Positions 30,270-40,068 of a stretch of DNA of 64,000 nt are shown piece by piece. The stretch lies in IMG/VR virus record IMGVR_UViG_3300027749_000039, positions 1 through 64,000 of that record. One strand, written 5' to 3'. Source of the stretch: a virus. The position numbers and the translations under genes were made by a program. Position 1 is the stretch's first letter, and each line of letters begins with the position of its first letter. A model generated the notes under the pieces. It was given only the letters and a program-made list of their open reading frames with translations. It was not told where the DNA came from and made no database searches.

Positions 30270-30967
30270 ACGTTAATAAACCAATAATTAAAATAGACAA
30301 ACGAATTATTGCGAAGAATGTAAGAATCGTTATTATACTTAATAACGATTTTATTTTCGTTAGTAATAGTATCAATTACTTCAATAGTATCATCTTTTCT
30401 TATTGTTAATTCCGAACCAGTTTTAGTATTAAAAGCAATTACTTTATCTTGTATTGCTTTATATTTACCTGGTTCTACATTTAAAAATTGCTTAAATGAA
30501 TTAATTAATAAGCCTTTTAATCTAATTTGCCACTCTGGCATTTGAGTTAAAGTTTGATCTTTAAATACATCTGGTGAATCAAATATAGGCATTCTACTTA
30601 ACACATTTTTAATTACGCCATTATATTCTTTATCCTTTATCACAAAAGATAAGTAAACATAATAATCCGCATTTGTGGGAACAATTCTTATTATGTTAAG
30701 TTTTGTGGGATTTTGTTCTTGTAAAGATAATTTAGATTTTAAATTAGAATAAGCCGTTGTATTAGACAATGACTTCATTATATTATTAATTCTAGACATA
30801 CCAGTTCTAACCGTATCTTCGTGCCTATCAAATGCATTAACACTTAATGTATTATCTGGTGCAAGACCAATTGAAACATCAGTATTGTCACTATTGAAAC
30901 GATTAAAATTAAATTCCGAAGTTTCACGGATTATATTAAATTCACTATATTTATTTAAATACTTCAT
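30266..30967 (-). CDS. Hypothetical protein with MKYL-type leader
   Basis: MKYLNKYSEF...; 233 aa. Confidence 0.7.
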   Translation of the reverse strand: MKYLNKYSEFNIIRETSEFNFNRFNSDNTDVSIGLAPDNTLSVNAFDRHEDTVRTGMSRINNIMKSLSNTTAYSNLKSKLSLQEQNPTKLNIIRIVPTNADYYVYLSFVIKDKEYNGVIKNVLSRMPIFDSPDVFKDQTLTQMPEWQIRLKGLLINSFKQFLNVEPGKYKAIQDKVIAFNTKTGSELTIRKDDTIEVIDTITNENKIVIKYNNDSYILRNNSFVYFNYWFINV

Positions 30968-31040
30968 TTTATTATATATTATTTTTATTAAAATATGATT
31001 ATGTGAAATTAATAACCAACATTTTTAATATATAAGTTAT

Positions 31041-32135
31041 ATGGAAAATTTGAACAAAGAAAATTATAAAGAAAAATTTAAAAAAATACATGGCGAAAAA
31101 TTTATTTATAACATGGTTGAGTATAAAAACAATTCAACAAAAGTAAAAATAATATGTCCTGTGCATGGAGAATTCACACAAGCACCGAAAGATCATTATA
31201 AGGGACAAGGTTGTGCTAAATGTTTTAAAGATACTTTAAAATCTAGTAGAGAAGAATTTATAAAAAAAGCCATGAAAAAACATGATATTAAATATAATTA
31301 TGATAATGTTAATTACATTAATAGCAGAACAAAAGTTAAAATAATTTGTTATATACATGGGGAATTTGAAATACAGGCTAATAATCATTTAAACGGACAA
31401 GGATGTAGAAAATGTGCTGGCAAATCCGTGACAAATACAGATGAATTTATATTAAAAGCCGAGAAAATATATGCTGGTAAATATAAATATAATAACGTTA
31501 TTTATTTAAATAGTAATTCTAAAATAAATATAATATGTTCTAAACATGGAGAATTCACACAAAGAGCTAGTAGTCATTTAAACGGAAATGGATGTCCAAA
31601 ATGCCATAGTAATTCATTGTGTGATAATGATAAATTCATAGAAAAGGCTAAATTGAAACATAATAATATTTATGATTATTCTCTGACTGAATATAAAGGA
31701 TCTTTACAGAAAATTGAGATAATTTGCAAAAAACATGGCCAATTTTTGCAATTAGCACAAGGTCATTTATGTGGAAACGGATGTCCAAGATGTAAGAGGT
31801 CAAAAGGTGAAAATTTAATTGAAATTTTTCTAATTGAAAATAATATAAATTATAAACAACAATATACTTTTAGTGATTTGAAATATAAAAAAATGCTTCA
31901 GTATGATTTTGGTATAATAGATAATTTTGGCAATTTGAAATCATTAATCGAATATAATGGCGAACAGCATTATAAATATAATGAATTTATGTTTAAAACA
32001 CAAGAAGATTTTAAAATCTCACAAGCAAAATTTCAGATGAAATTTGACTATTGTAAAAAAAATAATATACCGCTTTTCATTATAAAATATAATGAAAATA
32101 TAAATTTAAAATTAAATGAAATTTTTAATATATAA
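31041..32135 (+). mobile_element. Homing endonuclease-like protein (four DUF723-like Zn-finger repeats + Vsr/DUF559-like nuclease)
   Basis: Four copies of Y..V.Y.....K..IIC..HG.F.Q....H..G.GC..C; SKGE, YDF, IEYNGEQHY. Confidence 0.8.
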
Positions 32136-32139
32136 TCTT

Positions 32140-32454
32140 ATGAAGTATCTAGTAAAATTTAACGAAGTAAATTCCGAACAAAAAATTCTATCTAATGATA
32201 GAATTGAAGAAATAATAAAGGATATAGCAAGTACCTCTTCTGAACTTGATAAGATTTATGAAAAGTACGAAACTATCGCAAATGAATTAGAGGAATATAC
32301 TTCTCAAAATAAATCGGCTAATAATCAAATAGATGATTCATTTGTAAATATTAACTCATTTACTGATAAATTACAGGAATGTAAAAACTTAATTTTACTT
32401 GTTTCCGGTAAATTAGAAGATTATACCAAAGACGGAGAAAAATATTTATCTTAA
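32140..32454 (+). CDS. Hypothetical coiled-coil protein with MKYL-type leader
   Basis: MKYLVKFNE; ATG 32140 behind AATATATA. Confidence 0.7.
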   Translation: MKYLVKFNEVNSEQKILSNDRIEEIIKDIASTSSELDKIYEKYETIANELEEYTSQNKSANNQIDDSFVNINSFTDKLQECKNLILLVSGKLEDYTKDGEKYLS

Positions 32455-32455
32455 T

Positions 32456-32857
32456 ATGAAATGGGTTAAAACTTTTGAATCTTATGTTGACACAGATAAG
32501 TTCAAGTTATGGTTTGAAGGTAGTAAAATTATCAATACTGATGGGACACCAAGAATAGTCTATCATGGTACAGACAAAAATTTTATAAATTTCAATTTGA
32601 ATTATTCAACTGAGGGTATAATTTGGTTTACTACTGATAAAACTGCTGTTGAAAAGGGTGAAATAGGTGCAGCTGGTAGTGGTTATATAAAAGAACTATA
32701 TATTAGTATGAAAAATCCTGCTGGTTGGGATGAGTATGAAAAATATTCACTAGTTCAATTAGAGGATTTGGGATATGATGGTGCTATATTACCTGATAAT
32801 GAAGATAAATATGATGGATTCGTATTTAATGTAAATCAAATAAAGATTGTTAGATGA
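32456..32857 (+). CDS. ADP-ribosyltransferase-like protein (ART-PolyVal/LPD23-like)
   Basis: FKLWFEGSKI...GTPRIVYHGT, IWFTTD, LYISMKNP, GYDGAI. Confidence 0.7.
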   Translation: MKWVKTFESYVDTDKFKLWFEGSKIINTDGTPRIVYHGTDKNFINFNLNYSTEGIIWFTTDKTAVEKGEIGAAGSGYIKELYISMKNPAGWDEYEKYSLVQLEDLGYDGAILPDNEDKYDGFVFNVNQIKIVR

Positions 32858-33450
32858 GGTACTTAAAATCTATAAATGAATATAATGAACAAGATATAAC
32901 TTCTTTAGACACGTTTAAAAATTGGTTTAAAGATAGTAGAGTCATTGATAAAAGAGGTAATCCATTAGTTGTGTATCATGGTAGCGAAGATATAAGAGGT
33001 ATAAAAACTGATTATATTTTTAAAACTAATCAAGAGAGAATTCTTGGTATCGATGTAAATAAAGCTTATTATTTCACTGATAGCTATTCAAAAGCTAATT
33101 CATATACTAAAAGATGGCCTTGGGATTATCAAGAAGCAATACCAGGTATATTAAATGTATATTTAAGTATTCAAAATCCATTAATAATAGATGCTGGTGG
33201 TAATATGTGGCGAAAATTTGAAACTGAAATAGAAGGTAAAAAATTAAAAGGCACAAAAGATATAGTTGAATTTGCAAGGCTGAAAAATTATGATGGAGTA
33301 ATAATTAAAAATGTATTAGATTATTATAATAATAATGATTTAAAAGTAAAAGTAGGTAATGTATATGTTACATTTAGCCAAGAACAAATAAAATTAGCCG
33401 ATGGAACTAATACTACATTTGATTCAAACAATCCAGATATTCGAAAATAA
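32854..33450 (+). CDS. ADP-ribosyltransferase-like protein (ART-PolyVal/LPD23-like)
   Basis: FKNWFKDSRVID..GNPLVVYHGS, YYFTDS, VYLSIQNP, NYDGVII, YVTFSQEQIK. Confidence 0.75.
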   Translation: MRYLKSINEYNEQDITSLDTFKNWFKDSRVIDKRGNPLVVYHGSEDIRGIKTDYIFKTNQERILGIDVNKAYYFTDSYSKANSYTKRWPWDYQEAIPGILNVYLSIQNPLIIDAGGNMWRKFETEIEGKKLKGTKDIVEFARLKNYDGVIIKNVLDYYNNNDLKVKVGNVYVTFSQEQIKLADGTNTTFDSNNPDIRK

Positions 33451-33467
33451 AAATTAATATATAACCT

Positions 33468-33668
33468 ATGAATAAATTTACATTAGTTGTTGAGAGCGAA
33501 GAAAATAAGCCTACTCCTGAACAAGAAGTTACTGCTGCTTGGAACGAATATAAGGAAAAAAATAAAAACAACACAAATATTAATATTAATTATGAATTTT
33601 ACCACGAAATGAGAGTTAAAAAATATGAAGGTACATTAATAATTAGTGTTATGGATAAAAATAAATAA
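33468..33668 (+). CDS. Hypothetical protein
   Basis: 66 aa, AATATATA upstream. Confidence 0.6.
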   Translation: MNKFTLVVESEENKPTPEQEVTAAWNEYKEKNKNNTNININYEFYHEMRVKKYEGTLIISVMDKNK

Positions 33669-33672
33669 AAAT

Positions 33673-34194
33673 ATGAAAAAATTTAGTGATTTTAAAATAG
33701 AAAGAACAAAGCTAATAAAAGAAGATGTATTTGTTCCAAATCAAGCAGAACTAAAAGGAATTGGTTCAGCTAATATGTCTATATCTGCCGGAGCAGAAAT
33801 GGCAAAAACTGAACAATCTGAGCCAGCTAAATTTGTTTCAAAATTATTTGAATCAAGAGAAATGGCACATGTTTATCATCTACAAATAACAGGCGAAGGT
33901 TCTTATGCAGGGCATAAAGCTTTAGATGAATATTATTCAGGGATATTAGATATAATAGATGAATTTATTGAGACATATTCTGGTCAATATGATATTATTG
34001 AACATTATGATATAATAGACACTTCAACAACATTAACTAAGATTCCAATTGATTATTTTATTGAATTAGCTGAGTTTATTAAATCAACAAGGAAAGTTGC
34101 ATTCTTAGAAGATGATACACATTTACAAAATATTATTGATGAAATGGTAGGTCTTATATATAGAACTCTATATAAATTAAAAAATTTAAAATAA
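33673..34194 (+). CDS. Ferritin/Dps-like protein (DUF5856-like)
   Basis: AHVYHLQ...SYAGHKALDEYY...DEFIETYSG, LQNIIDEM...YKL. Confidence 0.7.
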   Translation: MKKFSDFKIERTKLIKEDVFVPNQAELKGIGSANMSISAGAEMAKTEQSEPAKFVSKLFESREMAHVYHLQITGEGSYAGHKALDEYYSGILDIIDEFIETYSGQYDIIEHYDIIDTSTTLTKIPIDYFIELAEFIKSTRKVAFLEDDTHLQNIIDEMVGLIYRTLYKLKNLK

Positions 34195-34197
34195 TAT

Positions 34198-34851
34198 ATG
34201 AAATACTTAAAAATATTTGAAGATTTTTCAACAAATGAGGCTAAAACACATCCTTATGAACATTATTTGGAATCACTTTCTGTTTGGAAAAATTTTATTC
34301 ATAAATTTCAAAAAATTCGTGATGATATAAGAAGAAAGAAAAATATAAATTTATATAAGCAAGAAGATAGAGTGGCGGAACAACTTCCTTCTGCTAAATT
34401 TTTAGATGAATGGGATTTAGAATCAATTCATTATGATTGGAAATCCGGTTATATGAAACCTATACCTTGGGGAAGTGAGCGTGATAAAGCAGAAACTTTA
34501 AGATTTGATGGATTGAAAAATCCCGAAATTGGTGATATTTTAATTCATTTTAGAGGTGCTTGTTGGTTATTTAAACCAGACGCTAGTTTTAGATATAACT
34601 ATTCTTCTTCGGCTGTATGGGGTCATGATTCTAACCCTAATATGTGGGATGATATTTCATATTTAGATATGATGCTAAAATCATATACTTTTGAATTTAA
34701 AAAGGATGAAATACCAGTAATTTTTAGAGAAAAATTAGCAAGAAAAATTAGACGTACTGTGTATGATAAAGATGTAGAATATAAAAGAAGAAAGCCGATT
34801 GAGCAACCTTACACCATAGGTGGTAGAATGCCAGGATATACATTTAAATAA
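34198..34851 (+). CDS. Hypothetical protein with MKYL-type leader
   Basis: MKYLKIFEDFSTNEA. Confidence 0.7.
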   Translation: MKYLKIFEDFSTNEAKTHPYEHYLESLSVWKNFIHKFQKIRDDIRRKKNINLYKQEDRVAEQLPSAKFLDEWDLESIHYDWKSGYMKPIPWGSERDKAETLRFDGLKNPEIGDILIHFRGACWLFKPDASFRYNYSSSAVWGHDSNPNMWDDISYLDMMLKSYTFEFKKDEIPVIFREKLARKIRRTVYDKDVEYKRRKPIEQPYTIGGRMPGYTFK

Positions 34852-34868
34852 AAAGTCAGCTAAACAAA

Positions 34869-35228
34869 ATGTATAAAAAGATTAATGATTTTATAGGAGA
34901 TAAATTTTCATTTGCTTTATCAACTATGGAAATGTTTTGGATAGTACTAATACTAGTTCTATTTCCATTATTATTTCAAAAACCAGACACATTAATTGCG
35001 TGGATTCAGTATCTTAGCACCGCAGTTTTGCAAGCAGTAGCTTTACCCTTATTAGGTTATACTACTAAAAAAAGTGGTGAAACTCAAGAGAAGATAATCA
35101 AAGATACACATGAAATATTGATGAAAGAAATTAAAGAAACTAAACATATACATAAAGAGATTATGATAATGATGGAAGAAATTAAAGAAATTCATGAACA
35201 TTACCACGAAGAATTAAAAAAGAAATAA
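34869..35228 (+). CDS. Small membrane protein (DUF1003-like)
   Basis: Two hydrophobic segments, LQAVALPLL, coiled-coil tail. Confidence 0.6.
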   Translation: MYKKINDFIGDKFSFALSTMEMFWIVLILVLFPLLFQKPDTLIAWIQYLSTAVLQAVALPLLGYTTKKSGETQEKIIKDTHEILMKEIKETKHIHKEIMIMMEEIKEIHEHYHEELKKK

Positions 35229-35256
35229 AAAAGCCGCTCAATTGAGCGGCTTTTTT
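35227..35256. terminator. Bidirectional intrinsic terminator
   Basis: AAAAAAGCCGCTC-AATT-GAGCGGCTTTTTT. Confidence 0.85.
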
Positions 35257-35257
35257 A

Positions 35258-35533
35258 TTATATTACATATTCTTTTGCGTAGTATTCTTCAAATCCTTCA
35301 AGAGCTTTCGTCATACTATCTCTCTTATCAAGACCTATAATTTCATCAACTAAGCCAAATTTAAGAGCTTCATCTGAATTATACCATCTGTCTCTACGTG
35401 AGAACTCTAATACTTCTTCGAATGATTTACCACAATTAGCAGCAATCATTTTGAAAAGAATATAATTATACTTTTCAGCTTCCATTTGATTAATACGTGT
35501 ATCTTGTATATTACCACTTGTGCCATGAGATAC
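35258..35533 (-). pseudogene. Stranded duplicate of the clpP 3' end
   Basis: VSHGTSGNIQDTRINQMEAEKYNYILFKMIAANCGK... aligns with VSHATQGNLQDTRINQLEAEKYNYILFKILAENCGK... of the intact clpP. Confidence 0.9.
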
Positions 35534-35579
35534 ATTTTTTAATATTATAAATTAATATATAATAAAAATAAAATTTAAT

Positions 35580-36629
35580 ATGGAATGCAAAGTGAGTTAT
35601 ATTTATGGATTATACCAAATCGGTAAAGAGGAAGAAATACGATATATTGGCAAAAGTGATAATCCAAAGAAAAGATTAAGAGATCATAGAAATAGCAAAG
35701 ATAATAGTTATAAATCTTGTTGGATAAAAAGCGTATTAAAAAGTGGTGGTGATATAGGAATTAAAATTATAAAAGTTGTAGATAAAAACAAATGGAAAGA
35801 ATGTGAAATAGAAACCATTAAAGAATACAATCAAATATATAAATTAACAAATCTAACAAATGGAGGTGATGGTGAAATTACTATTTATAACAAATCTTTT
35901 GAAGAATGTAGAGAATTTATTATAACTAATAAACCAAATTGGGTTAATGATATTAAATCATATAAGATATGGTCTAAGCAAGAGGATTTTCCCATATTTT
36001 TACCAAAAGCACCTAACAGAGTTTTTGTTAACTGGACTAATTGGTATGATTTTTTGGGCAAAGATAAAAAAATATTCTTATCTTTTGATGAGTGTAAGAA
36101 ATATTTAAGAGAAAATTATGATATAAAAAACTCTAACCATTTTAGAAAAATACAAACATTGTTGCCCGAATTTATACCAAAAAAGCCATACATAACATAT
36201 TCTGAATGGCGTGGATGGGAAGATTTTTTACAATATAAATTTAAAAAGCGAGACACATCTAAATTTTTAGCATATGAAGATGCTAAAAATTGGATATCAA
36301 AAAATTTACCAAAAATAACAGCTGCAGAGTATAGGAAAATGTCTAGCACCGATACTTTACCAATTTTTTTACCAAAAAAACCGGAAAAATTCTATAAAGA
36401 ATTTAAATTTGGAGATTTTTTAGCGTTTAATAAAAAAAGTAAATCGAAAGATTTTTATTTAAAATATGAAGAAGCGATTAAGATAGTACATACATTAAAT
36501 ATAAAGACAAACATAGAATGGCGAAAATGGTGCAAAAATAAACCAGAAGAGTTTATTAGAATACCATCTTCGCCAAACAATGTTTATATTAATGAGTGGG
36601 TAAATTGGTTTTTATGGTTAGGTAAGTGA
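35580..36629 (+). mobile_element. GIY-YIG homing endonuclease with C-terminal repeats, antisense to clpP
   Basis: YIYGL...IRYIGKS..P..R...H, NLTNGGDG, repeats S/T.EE.K...IP..P...Y..W..W..FLG. Confidence 0.85.
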
Positions 36630-37367
36630 TTGTTTGAATACTTCTTTTTTGTAATATTCTTCAAAGCCTTCGAGTTTTTTGTCTATACTTCGATTTTTAT
36701 CAGTACCTATTATTTCATCAATTAGTCCAAATTTAAGTGATTCGTCTGAGTTAAACCATTTGTCTCTTCTGGAAGATTCCAACATCTCATCAAATGTTTT
36801 GCCACAATTTTCAGCAAGTATTTTGAAAAGTATATAATTGTATTTTTCCGCCTCAAGTTGATTGATTCGTGTATCCTGAAGATTACCTTGAGTTGCGTGA
36901 GACACCATGTGAGTCATAACTTTAGCATGTATTAAAGAAGCTCTTTTACCCTTTGTGCCGGAAGAAAGTAATACAGATCCCATAGAAGCAGCCATACCAG
37001 TATTAACTGTTGCTATATCACAAGGTACATAATTCATAACATCTACAATAGTTAAACCACTTTTAACAGAACCACCTGGTGAGTCAACATAAAGTGTAAT
37101 GTCATTTTTATCGGTTGTTGTTAAGAAAAGTAATTGTGCGGTTACTATTGAACTCATACGGTCATCTACACCACCGTTAAGAAAGATTATTCTATCTTTC
37201 ATTAATCTGGAAAATACATCCATTTGTGTAACATTCATTTGTCTTTCTTCTAGAATATAAGGAGTCATAGAAGCGTCTATTTGATGTGCGACAACAGCAT
37301 CAATTGTTGTACCATTGATACCGAGGTGCTTGACACCATAATCACGAAATTCTTTTGATAAATTCAT
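36618..37367 (-). CDS. clpP: ATP-dependent Clp protease proteolytic subunit
   Basis: SRLMKDRIIFL, YVDSPGGSV, GMAASMGSVLL, VMTH, GLIDEI. Confidence 0.95.
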   Translation of the reverse strand: MNLSKEFRDYGVKHLGINGTTIDAVVAHQIDASMTPYILEERQMNVTQMDVFSRLMKDRIIFLNGGVDDRMSSIVTAQLLFLTTTDKNDITLYVDSPGGSVKSGLTIVDVMNYVPCDIATVNTGMAASMGSVLLSSGTKGKRASLIHAKVMTHMVSHATQGNLQDTRINQLEAEKYNYILFKILAENCGKTFDEMLESSRRDKWFNSDESLKFGLIDEIIGTDKNRSIDKKLEGFEEYYKKEVFKQSLT

Positions 37368-37398
37368 TTGTTAAAGTTTAGTTAATTTTTAATTTATA

Positions 37399-37406
37399 CA
37401 AATATA
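37399..37406 (-). promoter_or_regulatory. Bacteroidota-type -7 promoter element
   Basis: TATATTTG on minus strand upstream of clpP. Confidence 0.55.
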
Positions 37407-37464
37407 CAACATTTTTTAAGAAAAACAAAAGATTTTTGTAGTTAATTTTTTAATATATATAGTT

Positions 37465-37830
37465 ATGAAATATGTTAAGACTTTTGAACAATTAGATTAT
37501 AGCACTCCTTTTGGTAAAGCGCAGGCATTAAAGATTACTAAAAAGAATAATATAGCTAATTCTAATTTTAAAAATGAATTTTTTAATGAGTTTCCAAAAG
37601 GAACTAAACTTACTTTTAAAGACAGGGAAGCAACCTATGATTTAGTATTATTTGATATTAAATTTGACGAAACAGGATACAAATTAATATTTAAAGCAGA
37701 AAATGGTAAAAAGATTGTAATATCAAATCCATTTCAAATAAGCGAACAAGATTTAGAAGAAATATCATTATTACCTGTCGAAATAACACCTGAGTCTAAA
37801 GAAATAGTAAATAAAATGTTAAATAAATAA
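37465..37830 (+). CDS. Hypothetical protein with MKYL-type leader
   Basis: MKYVKTFEQL. Confidence 0.7.
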   Translation: MKYVKTFEQLDYSTPFGKAQALKITKKNNIANSNFKNEFFNEFPKGTKLTFKDREATYDLVLFDIKFDETGYKLIFKAENGKKIVISNPFQISEQDLEEISLLPVEITPESKEIVNKMLNK

Positions 37831-37854
37831 AAAAGAGCCAATTGGCTCTTTTTT
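37829..37854. terminator. Bidirectional intrinsic terminator
   Basis: AAAAAAGAGCC-AATT-GGCTCTTTTTT. Confidence 0.8.
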
Positions 37855-38800
37855 ATTTTACCTTTATATTACAGAATAACCAAAATTGTTTATCTGTTGT
37901 TATTGACATTTCTAATTGTTCCGAACCTTTTATTTTTGATAAATGTTGTCTAAAAGCTTCGGTTATAGTTGCTAAATCTTGTAATTTACCTTCACTCCAT
38001 GTTCCAAGACCTTGATAACCAAATTGTAATACCCCATCAACTATTTTAAATGAGCGATTATCGGTATTTCCTGGATGATAAGATTTCATATGTTTAGATA
38101 TGTTAGAAATAAATTTTAATTTATCCGGATTAATATAAGCTAACTCTCTTTTTAAATGTGCCGCTGATGGAGAATCTAATAATTGTAAATAATTTAAAGC
38201 CGCTTTATTAATTGCAAATGAACCAATTGGTATTAATTTTTCACCAACAAACCCAAAATTAAATGTCATGTCATTTTTTATACCAAAATATAATTTAGGA
38301 TTATCTGGTATTCTATTTGCGAAATAACTTAAAGACGGAAATCTTAATATTCTAGTTGATAAGTCGTTATAATTCGTATTATATTCAAAAAATAAAAGAA
38401 AACTATCCGGTATACTATCCCACTTTGGAGTAATATCTTTTAAACCAAGTGATGTAACTACTTTTAAAAATGTTGTAAATACATTTTTACCAGCTTTTAA
38501 ATCTTCTGTAATTGACTCGTTTGTTAAATTAACAAATGTTCTAACATCGGTTTTTCTACCAGAATCATTTAAATGATCAGTAATTATTTTATAAACAGAA
38601 CTTTTATCTGACTCATCTAACACATTTATAGTATTTGCTATTCTAACCGAAGGATTAGTTTCTTTTATATAAGGATTTATTAAATCTAAAATATCTTTAT
38701 CTGTTTTACATAAATCCTCAACCCATTCACCTAATGAATGATGCTCTGCTTCAATATTTTTGATATTTTCGGTAATAAATTGTAGATATTTCTTTATCAT
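37853..38800 (-). CDS. Hypothetical protein with leader MIKKYLQFITEN
   Basis: 315 aa ORF. Confidence 0.75.
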   Translation of the reverse strand: MIKKYLQFITENIKNIEAEHHSLGEWVEDLCKTDKDILDLINPYIKETNPSVRIANTINVLDESDKSSVYKIITDHLNDSGRKTDVRTFVNLTNESITEDLKAGKNVFTTFLKVVTSLGLKDITPKWDSIPDSFLLFFEYNTNYNDLSTRILRFPSLSYFANRIPDNPKLYFGIKNDMTFNFGFVGEKLIPIGSFAINKAALNYLQLLDSPSAAHLKRELAYINPDKLKFISNISKHMKSYHPGNTDNRSFKIVDGVLQFGYQGLGTWSEGKLQDLATITEAFRQHLSKIKGSEQLEMSITTDKQFWLFCNIKVK

Positions 38801-38851
38801 ACTCTATATATTAATTTCCTTATTTTAATATATATTAAAACAATATTAATT

Positions 38852-39592
38852 ATGATAACATATACTATTTTCAACCAATCTACTGTTGTTAACTCAACTA
38901 ATTTAACAAATATGGTTAAAGCAATAAATATGCTATTAACTAGTTTATCCACTGATTGGGGATTAGCTGCTACTCAACTTGTAGTTGGAACTGGTAATCG
39001 TTATCCAAATAATACTATTCTATTACAAGATTTAACTGACGATCCAGGTGCATTAGGATATCACTATGAAGATAATGGAAAAGTAATAGGAAAAGTATTT
39101 GCAAAAACTATAATAAATTATGGTGGCGTAGTTTTATATAGAGATAATTATACTTTTACCGTTGCACAATGTGTAAGTCATGAATTGTTTGAAATGATTG
39201 GTAATCAACAAATTAATAAATGGTATTTAGATAATTATGGTATATTTTGGGCTGGCGAACTATGTGATCCAGTTGAAAGTAATTTAGTTGTTTATACATT
39301 ACCAGGGAATATTAAAGTTGGATTATCTGATTATGTTTTACCATCATGGTTTAGTCCTGATATAATAACAAGACCTTTTAATAAACTGAATACTTTAACT
39401 GCTCCATTTAGATTATCACCAGGTGGTTATGCTATAATAATAGATAATTATACTGTTGAAGCAATATATGGTATGTCAAATACTGCTACTTATAGTATAG
39501 GTACTTATTCATCTTCTTATGCATTACTTAATATAAAAGCAGCGGATAGAGCAAAAGAAGTTGCTGAATTACAATTTAAATTTAAGAAATAA
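38852..39592 (+). CDS. Zincin-like metallopeptidase-domain protein
   Basis: GALGYH, VSHELFEM, ELCDPVE, LSDYVLPSWF. Confidence 0.6.
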   Translation: MITYTIFNQSTVVNSTNLTNMVKAINMLLTSLSTDWGLAATQLVVGTGNRYPNNTILLQDLTDDPGALGYHYEDNGKVIGKVFAKTIINYGGVVLYRDNYTFTVAQCVSHELFEMIGNQQINKWYLDNYGIFWAGELCDPVESNLVVYTLPGNIKVGLSDYVLPSWFSPDIITRPFNKLNTLTAPFRLSPGGYAIIIDNYTVEAIYGMSNTATYSIGTYSSSYALLNIKAADRAKEVAELQFKFKK

Positions 39593-39621
39593 ACTTTTAT
39601 GATATTTATCATATAGTAAAT

Positions 39622-40068
39622 ATGGTAGATAAATCACATTGGTCTAAAATATGGCCACATCCTTACTCACCCTCCGAAGAAGATGTCCAATTATATAAAA
39701 ATTATATGGTCGAAGGGACATCTCTTTTATTAGGATGTACAAGACAACTAGTTAATTTGAGTAATAAACAAATGGATATTGATCCATTTTTAGATGCACC
39801 TACAGTTATTGTAGGTGATTGGACAAAAAATACTACTTACTATGATAATATCATAGGTGATGGTGTTGTTAACTTTACAAAAGAATTAGAAGAAAAATTA
39901 TTAAAAATGTCTTCTAAATATTGTAAAAGATTTATAGTTAGAGCATTTAATTATAAATTAGATAAAATGCGAATAGCTGCTAATTTTCCAAAAGCAGAAG
40001 ATTTTTCAATTAAGCCAACAGAGATAAAAAAATTTAAAGAATATACATTTTTTGTATGGCATTTTTAA
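39622..40068 (+). CDS. Putative small SAM-dependent methyltransferase-fold protein
   Basis: LLLGCT, MDID, GDW, YDNIIGDGVVNF. Confidence 0.45.
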   Translation: MVDKSHWSKIWPHPYSPSEEDVQLYKNYMVEGTSLLLGCTRQLVNLSNKQMDIDPFLDAPTVIVGDWTKNTTYYDNIIGDGVVNFTKELEEKLLKMSSKYCKRFIVRAFNYKLDKMRIAANFPKAEDFSIKPTEIKKFKEYTFFVWHF

